DNA from: Auanema rhodensis
Lineage: Eukaryota > Animalia > Nematoda
Direction: 5' to 3'
Assembly: GCA_964057225.1 (NCBI GenBank)
Contig: OZ059900.1
Location: forward strand, 23,250,001-23,314,000
Length of the DNA stretch: 64,000 bases
Under the pieces are notes generated by a model that saw nothing but the letters and a program-made list of their open reading frames with translations, made no database searches and was not told the DNA's origin. A program made the translations under genes and the position numbers. Shown piece after piece: positions 14,615-27,700 of the stretch (position 1 is its first letter; each line of letters begins with the position of its first letter).

Positions 14615-14750
14615 GTTCAGCATGTAAAATGCTTCATTTTAGTATGTAACACACTGAAATTCGTTGCATTTGACTACTCATCAGTTCAGCATGTAAAATG
14701 CTTCATTTAAGTATGTAACACGCTGAAATTCGTTGCATTTGACTACTCAT
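14615..14750 (+). repeat. Out-of-register join repeating a 67-bp monomer segment with a 2-nt (CA) insert; monomer 69 bp longer
   Basis: GTTCAGCATG...GACTACTCAT at 14615-14681 and again at 14684-14750; the copies differ at two positions. Confidence 0.92.
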
Positions 14751-17700
14751 ATGAACAAAAATCGATTTAATCAATATTAGCCATAAGGGGCGTGCCCTCA
14801 GAATATGCTAATTTCCTTAATTTTCTAACCCCTGTTTTTTTGTCGTGAAAGTGGAACTAGACGTTGTACAAACAATTTTGAGCTAGGTTTCATTGACATT
14901 GCATGAGTTTGAACACATGAAATCGTAAGTCAAAACCTTGTTTACAGCGAAATTTCCAAAAACTGGTTTACCAGCATAATAAAATATTTCTCATGAGAAA
15001 TACTGTGTTTTTGTATTTTTCTAGTGTTCAGCATGTAAAATGCTTCATTTTAGTATGTAACACGCTGAAATTCGTTGCATTTGACGACTCATATGAACAA
15101 AAATCGATTTAATCAATATTAGCCATAAGGGGCGTGCCCTCAGAATATGCTAATTTCCTTAATTTTCTAACCCCTGTTTTTTTGTCGTGAAAGTGGAACT
15201 AGACGTTGTACAAACAATTTTGAGCTAGGTTTCATTGACATTGCATGAGTTTGAACACATGAAATCGTAAGTCAAAACCTTGTTTACAGCGAAATTTCCA
15301 AAAACTGGTTTTCCAGCATAATAAAATATTTCTCATGGGAAATACTGTGTTTTTGTATTTTTCTAGTGTTCAGCATGTAAAATGCTTCATTTTAGTATGT
15401 AACACGCTGAAATTCGTTGCATTTGACGACTCATATGAACAAAAATCGATTTAATCAATATTAGCCATAAGGGGCGTGCCCTCAGAATATGCTAATTTCC
15501 TAAACTTTCTAACCCCTGTTTTTTTGTCGTGAAAGTGGAACTAGACGTTGTACGAACAATTTTGAGCTAGGTTTCATTGACATTGCAAGAGTTTGAACAC
15601 ATGAAATCGTAAGTCAAAACCTTGTTTACAGCGAAATTTCCAAAAACTGGTTTTCCAGCATAATAAAATATTTCTCATGGGAAAAACTGTGTTTTTGTAT
15701 TTTTCTAGTGTTCAGCATGTAAAATGCTTCATTTTAGTATGTAACACGCTGAAATTCGTTGCATTTGACGACTCATATGAACAAAAATCGATTTAATCAA
15801 TATTAGCCATAAGGGGCGTGCCCTCAGAATATGCTAATTTCCTTAATTTTCTAACCCCTGTTTTTTTGTCGTGAAAGTGGAACTAGACGTTGTACAAACA
15901 ATTTTGAGCTAGGTTTCATTGACATTGCATGAGTTTGAACACATGAAATCGTAAGTCAAAACCTTGTTTACAGCGAAATTTCCAAAAACTGGTTTTCCAG
16001 CATAATAAAATTTTTCTCATGGGAAATACTGTGTTTTTGTATTTTTCTAGTGTTCAGCATGTAAAATAATTCATTTTAGTATGTAACACGCTGAAATTCG
16101 TTGCATTTGACGACTCATATGAACAAAAATCGATTTAATCAATATTAGCCATAAGGGGCGTGCCCTCAGAATATGCTAATTTCCTTAATTTTCTAACCCC
16201 TGTTTTTTTGTCGTGAAAGTGGAACTAGACGTTGTACGAACAATTTTGAGCTAGGTTTCATTGACATTGCAAGAGTTTGAACACATGAAATCGTAAGTCA
16301 AAACCTTGTTTACAGCGAAATTTCCAAAAACTGGTTTTCCAGCATAATAAAATATTTCTCATGAGAAATACTGTGTTTTTGTATTTTTCTAGTGTTCAGT
16401 ATGTAAAATGCTTCATTTTAGTATGTAACACGCTGAAATTCGTTGCATTTGACGACTCATATGAACAAAAATCGATTTAATCAATATTAGCCATAAGGGG
16501 CGTGCCCTCAGAATATGCTAATTTCCTAAACTTTCTAACCCCTGTTTTTTTGTCGTGAAAGTGGAACTAGACGTTGTACGAACAATTTTGAGCTAGGTTT
16601 CATTGACATTGCAAGAGTTTGAACACATGAAATCGTAAGTCAAAACCTTGTTTACAGCGAAATTTCCAAAAACTGGTTTTCCAGCATAATAAAATATTTC
16701 TCATGGGAAAAACTGTGTTTTTGTATTTTTTTAGTGTTCAGCATGTAAAATATTTCATTTTAGTATGTAACACGCTGAAATTCGTTGCATTTGACGACTC
16801 ATATGAACAAAAATCGATTTAATCAATATTAGCCATAAGGGGCGTGCCCTCAGAATATGCTAATTTCCTAAACTTTCTAACCCCTGTTTTTTTGTCGTGA
16901 AAGTGGAACTAGACGTTGTACAAACAATTTTGAGCTAGGTTTCATTGACATTGCATGAGTTTGAACACATGAAATCGTAAGTCAAAACCTTGTTTACAGC
17001 GAAATTTCCAAAAACTGGTTTTCCAGCATAATAAAATATTTCTCATGAGAAATACTGTGTTTTTGTATTTTTCTAGTGTTCAGCATGTAAAATGCTTCAT
17101 TTTAGTATGTAACACGCTGAAATTCGTTGCATTTGACGACTCATATGAACAAAAATCGATTTAATCAATATTAGCCATAAGGGGCGTGCCCTCAGAATAT
17201 GCTAATTTCCTTAATTTTCTAACCCCTGTTTTTTTGTCGTGAAAGTGGAACTAGACGTTGTACAAACAATTTTGAGCTAGGTTTCATTGACATTGCATGA
17301 GTTTGAACACATGAAATCGTAAGTCAAAACCTTGTTTACAGCGAAATTTCCAAAAACTGGTTTTCCAGCATAATAAAATATTTCTCATGGGAAATACTGT
17401 GTTTTTGTATTTTTCTAGTGTTCAGCATGTAAAATGCTTCATTTTAGTATGTAACACGCTGAAATTCGTTGCATTTGACGACTCATATGAACAAAAATCG
17501 ATTTAATCAATATTAGCCATAAGGGGCGTGCCCTCAGAATATGCTAATTTCCTTAATTTTCTAACCCCTGTTTTTTGTCGTGAAAGTGGAACTAGACGTT
17601 GTAGGAACAATTTTGAGCTAGGTTTCATTGACATTGCATGAGTTTGAACACATGAAATCGTAAGTCAAAACCTTGTTTACAGCGAAATTTCCAAAAACTG

Positions 17701-20700
17701 GTTTTCCAGCATAATAAAATATTTCTCATGGGAAATACTGTGTTTTTGTATTTTTCTAGTGTTCAGCATGTAAAATGCTTCATTTTAGTATGTAACACGC
17801 TGAAATTCGTTGCATTTGACTACTCATATGAACAAAAATCGATTTAATCAATATTAGCCATAAGGGGCGTGCCCTCAGAATATGCTAATTTCCTTAATTT
17901 TCTAACCCCTGTTTTTTTGTCGTGAAAGTGGAACTAGACGTTGTACAAACAATTTTGAGCTAGGTTTCATTGACATTGCATGAGTTTGAACACATGAAAT
18001 CGTAAGTCAAAACCTTGTTTACAGCGAAATTTCCAAAAACTGGTTTACCAGCATAATAAAATATTTCTCATGAGAAATACTGTGTTTTTGTATTTTTCTA
18101 GTGTTCAGCATGTAAAATGCTTCATTTTAGTATGTAACACGCTGAAATTCGTTGCATTTGACGACTCATATGAACAAAAATCGATTTAATCAATATTAGC
18201 CATAAGGGGCGTGCCCTCAGAATATGCTAATTTCCTTAATTTTCTAACCCCTGTTTTTTTGTCGTGAAAGTGGAACTAGACGTTGTACAAACAATTTTGA
18301 GCTAGGTTTCATTGACATTGCATGAGTTTGAACACATGAAATCGTAAGTCAAAACCTTGTTTACAGCGAAATTTCCAAAAACTGGTTTTCCAGCATAATA
18401 AAATATTTCTCATGGGAAATACTGTGTTTTTGTATTTTTCTAGTGTTCAGCATGTAAAATGCTTCATTTTAGTATGTAACACGCTGAAATTCGTTGCATT
18501 TGACGACTCATATGAACAAAAATCGATTTAATCAATATTAGCCATAAGGGGCGTGCCCTCAGAATATGCTAATTTCCTTAATTTTCTAACCCCTGTTTTT
18601 TTGTCGTGAAAGTGGAACTAGACGTTGTACGAACAATTTTGAGCTAGGTTTCATTGACATTGCAAGAGTTTGAACACATGAAATCGTAAGTCAAAACCTT
18701 GTTTACAGCGAAATTTCCAAAAACTGGTTTTCCAGCATAATAAAATATTTCTCATGGGAAAAACTGTGTTTTTGTATTTTTCTAGTGTTCAGCATGTAAA
18801 ATGCTTCATTTTAGTATGTAACACGCTGAAATTCGTTGCATTTGACGACTCATATGAACAAAAATCGATTTAATCAATATTAGCCATAAGGGGCGTGCCC
18901 TCAGAATATGCTAATTTCCTTAATTTTCTAACCCCTGTTTTTTTGTCGTGAAAGTGGAACTAGACGTTGTACAAACAATTTTGAGCTAGGTTTCATTGAC
19001 ATTGCAAGAGTTTGAACACATGAAATCGTAAGTCAAAACCTTGTTTACAGCGAAATTTCCAAAAACTGGTTTTCCAGCATAATAAAATATTTCTCATGGG
19101 AAAAACTGTGTTTTTGTATTTTTCTAGTGTTCAGCATGTGAAATGCTTCATTTTAGTATGTAACACGCTGAAATTCGTTGCATTTGACGACTCATATGAA
19201 CAAAAATCGATTTAATCAATATTAGCCATTAGGGGCGTGCCCTCAGAATATGCTAATTTCCTTAATTTTCTAACCCCTGTTTTTTTGTCGTGAAAGTGGA
19301 ACTAGACGTTGTACAAACAATTTTGAGCTAGGTTTCATTGACATTGCATGAGTTTGAACACATGAAATCGTAAGTCAAAACCTTGTTTACAGCGAAATTT
19401 CCAAAAACTGGTTTTCCAGCATAATAAAATATTTCTCATGGGAAATACTGTGTTTTTGTATTTTTCTAGTGTTCAGCATGTAAAATGCTTCATTTTAGTA
19501 TGTAACACGCTGAAATTCGTTGCATTTGACGACTCATATGAACAAAAATCGATTTAATCAATATTAGCCATAAGGGGCGTGCCCTCAGAATATGCTAATT
19601 TCCTTAATTTTCTAACCCCTGTTTTTTTGTCGTGAAAGTGGAACTAGACGTTGTACAAACAATTTTGAGCTAGGTTTCATTGACATTGCATGAGTTTGAA
19701 CACATGAAATCGTAAGTCAAAACCTTGTTTACAGCGAAATTTCCAAAAACTGGTTTACCAGCATAATAAAATATTTCTCATGAGAAATACTGTGTTTTTG
19801 TATTTTTCTAGTGTTCAGCATGTAAAATGCTTCATTTTAGTATGTAACACGCTGAAATTCGTTGCATTTGACGACTCATACGAACAAAAATCGATTTAAT
19901 CAATATTAGCCATAAGGGGCGTGCCCTCAGAATATGCTAATTTCCTTAATTTTCTAACCCCTGTTTTTTTGTCGTGAAAGTGGAACTAGACGTTGTACAA
20001 ACAATTTTGAGCTAGGTTTCATTGACATTGCATGAGTTTGAACACATGAAATCGTAAGTCAAAACCTTGTTTACAGCGAAATTTCCAAAAACTGGTTTAC
20101 CAGCATAATAAAATATTTCTCATGAGAAATACTGTGTTTTTGTATTTTTCTAGTGTTCAGCATGTAAAATGCTTCATTTTAGTATGTAACACGCTGAAAT
20201 TCGTTGCATTTGACGACTCATATGAACAAAAATCGATTTAATCAATATTAGCCATAAGGGGCGTGCCCTCAGAATATGCTAATTTCCTAAATTTTCTAAC
20301 CCCTGTTTTTTGTCGTGAAAGTGGAACTAGACGTTGTACGAACAATTTTGAGCTAGGTTTCATTGACATTGCAAGAGTTTGAACACATGAAATCGTAAGT
20401 CAAAACCTTGTTTACAGCGAAATTTCCAAAAACTGGTTTTCCAGCATAATAAAATATTTCTCATGAGAAATACTGTGTTTTTGTATTTTTCTAGTGTTCA
20501 GCATGTAAAATGCTTCATTTAAGTATGTAACACGCTGAAATTCGTTGCATTTGACTACTCATATGAACAAAAATCGATTTAATCAATATTAGCCATAAGG
20601 GGCGTGCCCTCAGAATATGCTAATTTCCTTAATTTTCTAACCCCTGTTTTTTTGTCGTGAAAGTGGAACTAGACGTTGTACAAACAATTTTGAGCTAGGT

Positions 20701-23011
20701 TTCATTGACATTGCATGAGTTTGAACACATGAAATCGTAAGTCAAAACCTTGTTTACAGCGAAATTTCCAAAAACTGGTTTATCAGCATAATAAAATATT
20801 TCTCATGAGAAATACTGTGTTTTTGTATTTTTCTAGTGTTCAGCATGTAAAATGCTTCATTTTAGTATGTAACACGCTGAAATTCGTTGCATTTGACGAC
20901 TCATACGAACAAAAATCGATTTAATCAATATTAGCCATAAGGGGCGTGCCCTCAGAATATGCTAATTTCCTTAATTTTCTAACCCCTGTTTTTTTGTCGT
21001 GAAAGTGGAACTAGACGTTGTACAAACAATTTTGAGCTAGGTTTCATTGACATTGCATGAGTTTGAACACATGAAATCGTAAGTCAAAACCTTGTTTACA
21101 GCGAAATTTCCAAAAACTGGTTTTCCAGCATAATAAAATATTTCTCATGGGAAATACTGTGTTTTTGTATTTTTCTAGTGTTCAGCATGTAAAATGCTTC
21201 ATTTTAGTATGTAACACGCTGAAATTCGTTGCATTTGACGACTCATATGAACAAAAATCGATTTAATCAATATTAGCCATAAGGGGCGTGCCCTCAGAAT
21301 ATGCTAATTTCCTTAATTTTCTAACCCCTGTTTTTTTGTCGTGAAAGTGGAACTAGACGTTGTACGAACAATTTTGAGCTAGGTTTCATTGACATTGCAA
21401 GAGTTTGAACACATGAAATCGTAAGTCAATACCTTGTTTACAGCGAAATTTCCAAAAACTGGTTTTCCAGCATAATAAAATATTTCTCATGGGAAAAACT
21501 GTGTTTTTGTATTTTTCTAGTGTTCAGCATGTAAAATGCTTCATTTTAGTATGTAACACGCTGAAATTCGTTGCATTTGACGACTCATATGAACAAAAAT
21601 CGATTTAATCAATATTAGCCATAAGGGGCGTGCCCTCAGAATATGCTAATTTCCTTAATTTTCTAACCCCTGTTTTTTTGTCGTGAAAGTGGAACTAGAC
21701 GTTGTACAAACAATTTTGAGCTAGGTTTCATTGACATTGCAAGAGTTTGAACACATGAAATCGTAAGTCAAAACCTTGTTTACAGCGAAATTTCCAAAAA
21801 CTGGTTTTCCAGCATAATAAAATATTTCTCATGGGAAAAACTGTGTTTTTGTATTTTTCTAGTGTTCAGCATGTGAAATGCTTCATTTTAGTATGTAACA
21901 CGCTGAAATTCGTTGCATTTGACGACTCATATGAACAAAAATCGATTTAATCAATATTAGCCATTAGGGGCGTGCCCTCAGAATATGCTAATTTCCTTAA
22001 TTTTCTAACCCCTGTTTTTTTGTCGTGAAAGTGGAACTAGACGTTGTACAAACAATTTTGAGCTAGGTTTCATTGACATTGCATGAGTTTGAACACATGA
22101 AATCGTAAGTCAAAACCTTGTTTACAGCGAAATTTCCAAAAACTGGTTTTCCAGCATAATAAAATATTTCTCATGGGAAATACTGTGTTTTTGTATTTTT
22201 CTAGTGTTCAGCATGTAAAATGCTTCATTTTAGTATGTAACACGCTGAAATTCGTTGCATTTGACGACTCATATGAACAAAAATCGATTTAATCAATATT
22301 AGCCATAAGGGGCGTGCCCTCAGAATATGCTAATTTCCTAAATTTTCTAACCCCTGTTTTTTGTCGTGAAAGTGGAACTAGACGTTGTACGAACAATTTT
22401 GAGCTAGGTTTCATTGACATTGCAAGAGTTTGAACACATGAAATCGTAAGTCAAAACCTTGTTTACAGCGAAATTTCCAAAAACTGGTTTTCCAGCATAA
22501 TAAAATATTTCTCATGAGAAATACTGTGTTTTTGTATTTTTCTAGTGTTCAGCATGTAAAATGCTTCATTTAAGTATGTAACACGCTGAAATTCGTTGCA
22601 TTTGACTACTCATATGAACAAAAATCGATTTAATCAATATTAGCCATAAGGGGCGTGCCCTCAGAATATGCTAATTTCCTTAATTTTCTAACCCCTGTTT
22701 TTTTGTCGTGAAAGTGGAACTAGACGTTGTACAAACAATTTTGAGCTAGGTTTCATTGACATTGCATGAGTTTGAACACATGAAATCGTAAGTCAAAACC
22801 TTGTTTACAGCGAAATTTCCAAAAACTGGTTTACCAGCATAATAAAATATTTCTCATGAGAAATACTGTGTTTTTGTATTTTTCTAGTGTTCAGCATGTA
22901 AAATGCTTCATTTTAGTATGTAACACGCTGAAATTCGTTGCATTTGACGACTCATACGAACAAAAATCGATTTAATCAATATTAGCCATAAGGGGCGTGC
23001 CCTCAGAATAT

Positions 23012-23084
23012 GCTAATTTCCTAAAATTTCCTAGTTCCACTTTCACGACAAAAAAACAGGGGTTAGAAAATTAAGGAAATTAGC
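23012..23084. other. Orientation-switch junction 1 (forward to reverse) with templated AATTTCCTA repeat
   Basis: GCT-AATTTCCTA-A-AATTTCCTA-GTTCCAC. GCTAATTTCCT (23012-23022) is the reverse complement of AGGAAATTAGC (23074-23084), leaving a ~51-nt spacer. Confidence 0.95.
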
Positions 23085-24488
23085 ATATTCTGAGGGCACG
23101 CCCCTTATGGCTAATATTGATTAAATCGATTTTTGTTCATATGAGTCGTCAAATGCAACGAATTTCAGCGTGTTACATACTAAAATGAAATATTTTACAT
23201 GCTGAACACTAAAAAAATACAAAAACACAGTTTTTCCCACGAGAAATATTTTATTATGCTGGAAAACCAGTTTTTGGAAATTTCGCTGTAAACAAGGTTT
23301 TGACTTACGATTTCATGTGTTCAAACTCTTGCAATGTCAATGAAACCTAGCTCAAAATTGTTCGTACAACGTCTAGTTCCACTTTCACGACAAAAAAACA
23401 GGGGTTAGAAAGTTTAGGAAATTAGCATATTCTGAGGGCACGCCCCTTATGGCTAATATTGATTAAATCGATTTTTGTTCATATGAGTCGTCAAATGCAA
23501 CGAATTTCAGCGTGTTACATACTAAAATGAATTATTTTACATGCTGAACACTAGAAAAATACAAAAACACAGTATTTCCCATGAGAAAAATTTTATTATG
23601 CTGGAAAACCAGTTTTTGGAAATTTCGCTGTAAACAAGGTTTTGACTTACGATTTCATGTGTTCAAACTCATGCAATGTCAATGAAACCTAGCTCAAAAT
23701 TGTTTGTACAACGTCTAGTTCCACTTTCACGACAAAAAAACAGGGGTTAGAAAATTAAGGAAATTAGCATATTCTGAGGGCACGCCCCTTATGGCTAATA
23801 TTGATTAAATCGATTTTTGTTCATATGAGTCGTCAAATGCAACGAATTTCAGCGTGTTACATACTAAAATGAAGCATTTTACATGCTGAACACTAGAAAA
23901 ATACAAAAACACAGTATTTCCCATGAGAAATATTTTATTATGCTTGAAAACCAGTTTTTGGAAATTTCGCTGTAAACAAGGTTTTGACTTACGATTTCAT
24001 ATGTTCAAACTCATGCAATGTCAATGAAACCTAGCTCAAAATTGTTTGTACAACGTCTAGTTCCACTTTCACGACAAAAAAACAGGGGTTAGAAAGTTTG
24101 GGAAATTAGCATATTCTGAGGGCACGCCCCTTATGGCTAATATTGATTAAATCGATTTTTGTTCATATGAGTCGTCAAATGCAACGAATTTCAGCGTGTT
24201 ACATACTAAAATGAAGCATTTTACATGCTGAACACTAAAAAATACAAAAACACAGTTTTTCCCATGAGAAATATTTTATTATGCTGGAAAACCAGTTTTT
24301 GGAAATTTCGCTGTAAACAAGGTTTTGACATACGATTTCATGTGTTCAAACTCATGCAATGTCAATGAAACCTAGCTCAAAATTGTTCGTACAACGTCTA
24401 GTTCCACTTTCACGACAAAAAAACAGGGGTTAGAAAATTAAGGAAATTAGCATATTCTGAGGGCACGCCCCTTATGGCTAATATTGAT

Positions 24489-24781
24489 TAAATCGATTTT
24501 TGTTCATATGAGTAGTCAAATGCAACGAATTTCAGCGTGTTACATACTAAAATGAAGCATTTTACATGCTGAACACTAAAAAAATACAAAAACACAGTTT
24601 TTCCCATGAGAAATATTTTATTATTACGATTTCATGTGTTCAAACTCATGCAATGTCAATGAAACCTAGCTCAAAATTGTTCCTACAACGTCTAGTTCCA
24701 CTTTCACGACAAAAAACAGGGGTTAGAAAATTAAGGAAATTAGCATATTCTGAGGGCACGCCCCTTATGGCTAATATTGAT
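24489..24781 (-). repeat. Truncated monomer (293 bp) with a 48-bp internal deletion at 24624/24625
   Basis: ATTTTATTAT|TACGATTTC lacks GCTGGAAAAC...GGTTTTGACT (monomer positions 159-206); an A-tract is also 1 bp shorter. Confidence 0.93.
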
Positions 24782-27700
24782 TAAATCGATTTTTGTTCAT
24801 ATGAGTCGTCAAATGCAACGAATTTCAGCGTGTTACATACTAAAATGAAGCATTTTACATGCTGAACACTAGAAAAATACGAAAACACAGTTTTTCCCAT
24901 GAGAAATATTTTATTATGCTGGAAAACCAGTTTTTGGATATTTCGCTGTAAACAAGGTTTTGACTTACGATTTCATGTGTTCAAACTCATGCAATGTCAA
25001 TGAAACCTAGCTCAAAATTGTTTGTACAACGTCTAGTTCCACTTTCACGACAAAAAAACAGGGGTTAGAAAATTAAGGAAATTAGCATATTCTGAGGGCA
25101 CGCCCCTTATGGCTAATATTGATTAAATCGATTTTTGTTCATATGAGTAGTCAAATGCAACGAATTTCAGCGTGTTACATACTAAAATGAAGCATTTCAC
25201 ATGCTGAACACTAGAAAAATACAAAAACACAGTATTTCCCATGAGAAATATTTTATTATGCTGGAAAACCAGTTTTTGGAAATTTCGCTGTAAACAAGGT
25301 TTGACTTACGATTTCATGTGTTCAAACTCATGCAATGTCAATGAAACCTAGCTCAAAATTGTTCGTACAACGTCTAGTTCCACTTTCACGACAAAAAAAC
25401 AGGGGTTAGAAAATTTAGTAAATTAGCATATTCTGAGGGCACGCCCCTTATGGCTAATATTGATTAAATCGATTTTTGTTCATATGAGTCGTCAAATGCA
25501 ACGAATTTCAGCGTGTTACATACTAAAATGAAGTATTTTACATGCTGAACACTAGAAAAATACAAAAACACAGTATTTCCCATGAGAAATATTTTATTAT
25601 GCTGGAAAACCAGTTTTTGGACATTTCGCTGTAAACAAGGTTTTGACTTACGATTTCATGTGTTCAAACTCATGCAATGTCAATGAAACCTAGCTCAAAA
25701 TTGTTCCTACAACGTCTAGTTCCACTTTCACGACAAAAAACAGGGGTTAGAAAATTAAGGAAATTAGCATATTCTGAGGGCACGCCCCTTATGGCTAATA
25801 TTGATTAAATCGATTTTTGTTCATATGAGTCGTCAAATGCAACGAATTTCAGCGTGTTACATACTAAAATGAAGCATTTTACATGCTGAACATTAGAAAA
25901 ATACAAAAACACAGTTTTTCCCATGAGAAATATTTTATTATGCTGGAAAACCAGTTTTTGGAAATTTCGCTGTAAACAAGGTTTTGACTTACGATTTCAT
26001 GTGTTCAAACTCATGCAATGTCAATGAAACCTAGCTCAAAATTGTTCCTACAACGTATAGTTCCACTTTCACGACAAAAAACAGGGGTTAGAAAATTAAG
26101 GAAATTAGCATATTCTGAGGGCACGCCCCTTATGGCTAATATTGATTAAATCGATTTTTGTTCATATGAGTCGTCAAATGCAACGAATTTCAGCGTGTTA
26201 CATACTTAAATGAAGCATTTTACATGCTGAACACTAGAAAAATACAAAAACACAGTATTTCTCATGAGAAATATTTTATTATGCTGGAAAACCAGTTTTT
26301 GGAAATTTCGCTGTAAACAAGGTTTTCACTTACGATTTCATGTGTTCAAACTCATGCAATGTCAATGAAACCTAGCTCAAAATTTTTTGTACAACGTCTA
26401 GTTCCACTTTCACGACAAAAAAACAGGGGTTAGAAAATTAAGGAAATTAGCATATTCTGAGGGCACGCCCCTTATGGCTAATATTGATTAAATCGATTTT
26501 TGTTCATATGAGTAGTCAAATGCAACGAATTTCAGCGTGTTACATACTAAAATGAAGCATTTCACATGCTGAACACTAGAAAAATACAAAAACACAGTAT
26601 TTCCCATGAGAAATATTTTATTATGCTGGAAAACCAGTTTTTGGAAATTTCGCTGTAAACAAGGTTTTGACTTACGATTTCATGTGTTCAAACTCATGCA
26701 ATGTCAATGAAACCTAGCTCAAAATTGTTTGTACAACGTCTAGTTCCACTTTCACGACAAAAAAACAGGGGTTAGAAAATTAAGGAAATTAGCATATTCT
26801 GAGGGCACGCCCCTTATGGCTAATATTGATTTAAACGATTTTTGTTCATATGAGTCGTCAAATGCAACGAATTTCAGCGTGTTACATACTAAAATGAAGC
26901 ATTTTACATGCTGAACACTAGAAAAATACAAAAACACAGTATTTCTCATGAGAAATATTTTATTATGCTGGAAAACCAGTTTTTGGAATTTTCGCTGTAA
27001 ACAAGGTTTGACTTACGATTTCATGTGTTCAAACTCATGCAATGTCAATGAAACCTAGCTCAAAATTGTTCGTACAACGTCTAGTTCCACTTTCACGACA
27101 AAAAAACAGGGGTTAGAAAATTTAGGAAATTAGCATATTCTGAGGGCACGCCCCTTATGGCTAATATTGATTAAATCGATTTTTGTTCATATGAGTCGTC
27201 AAATGCAACGAATTTCAGCGTGTTACATACTAAAATGAAGTATTTTACATGCTGAACACTAGAAAAATACAAAAACACAGTATTTCTCATGAGAAATATT
27301 TTATTATGCTGGAAAACCAGTTTTTGGAAATTTCGCTGTAAACAAGGTTTTGACTTACGATTTCATGTGTTCAAACTCAGGCAATGTCAATGAAACCTAG
27401 CTCAAAATTGTTCCTACAACGTCTAGTTCCACTTTCACGACAAAAAACAGGGGTTAGAAAATTAAGGAAATTAGCATATTCTGAGGGCACGCCCCTTATG
27501 GCTAATATTGATTAAATCGATTTTTGTTCATATGAGTCGTCAAATGCAACGAATTTCAGCGTGTTACATACTAAAATGAAGCATTTTACATGCGGAACAC
27601 TAGAAAAATACAAAAACACAGTATTTCCCATGAGAAATATTTTATTATGCTGGAAAACCAGTTTTTGGAAATTTCGCTGTAAACAAGGTTTTGACTTACG

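Larger units (their letters stand above)
1..23025 (+). repeat. 342-bp satellite DNA tandem array, forward block (~67 monomers; orientation defined arbitrarily by monomer 1-342)
   Basis: ATCAATATTAGCCATAAGGGGCGTGCCC recurs at 1, 343, ... 3421 (exactly 10 x 342). Monomers differ by only a few substitutions or 1-bp indels, and the first four appear identical. Confidence 0.99.

Noticed and set aside
24566-24784. 72-aa plus-strand ORF
   Set aside because: It arises in the single monomer carrying the 48-bp deletion and is a chance open frame.
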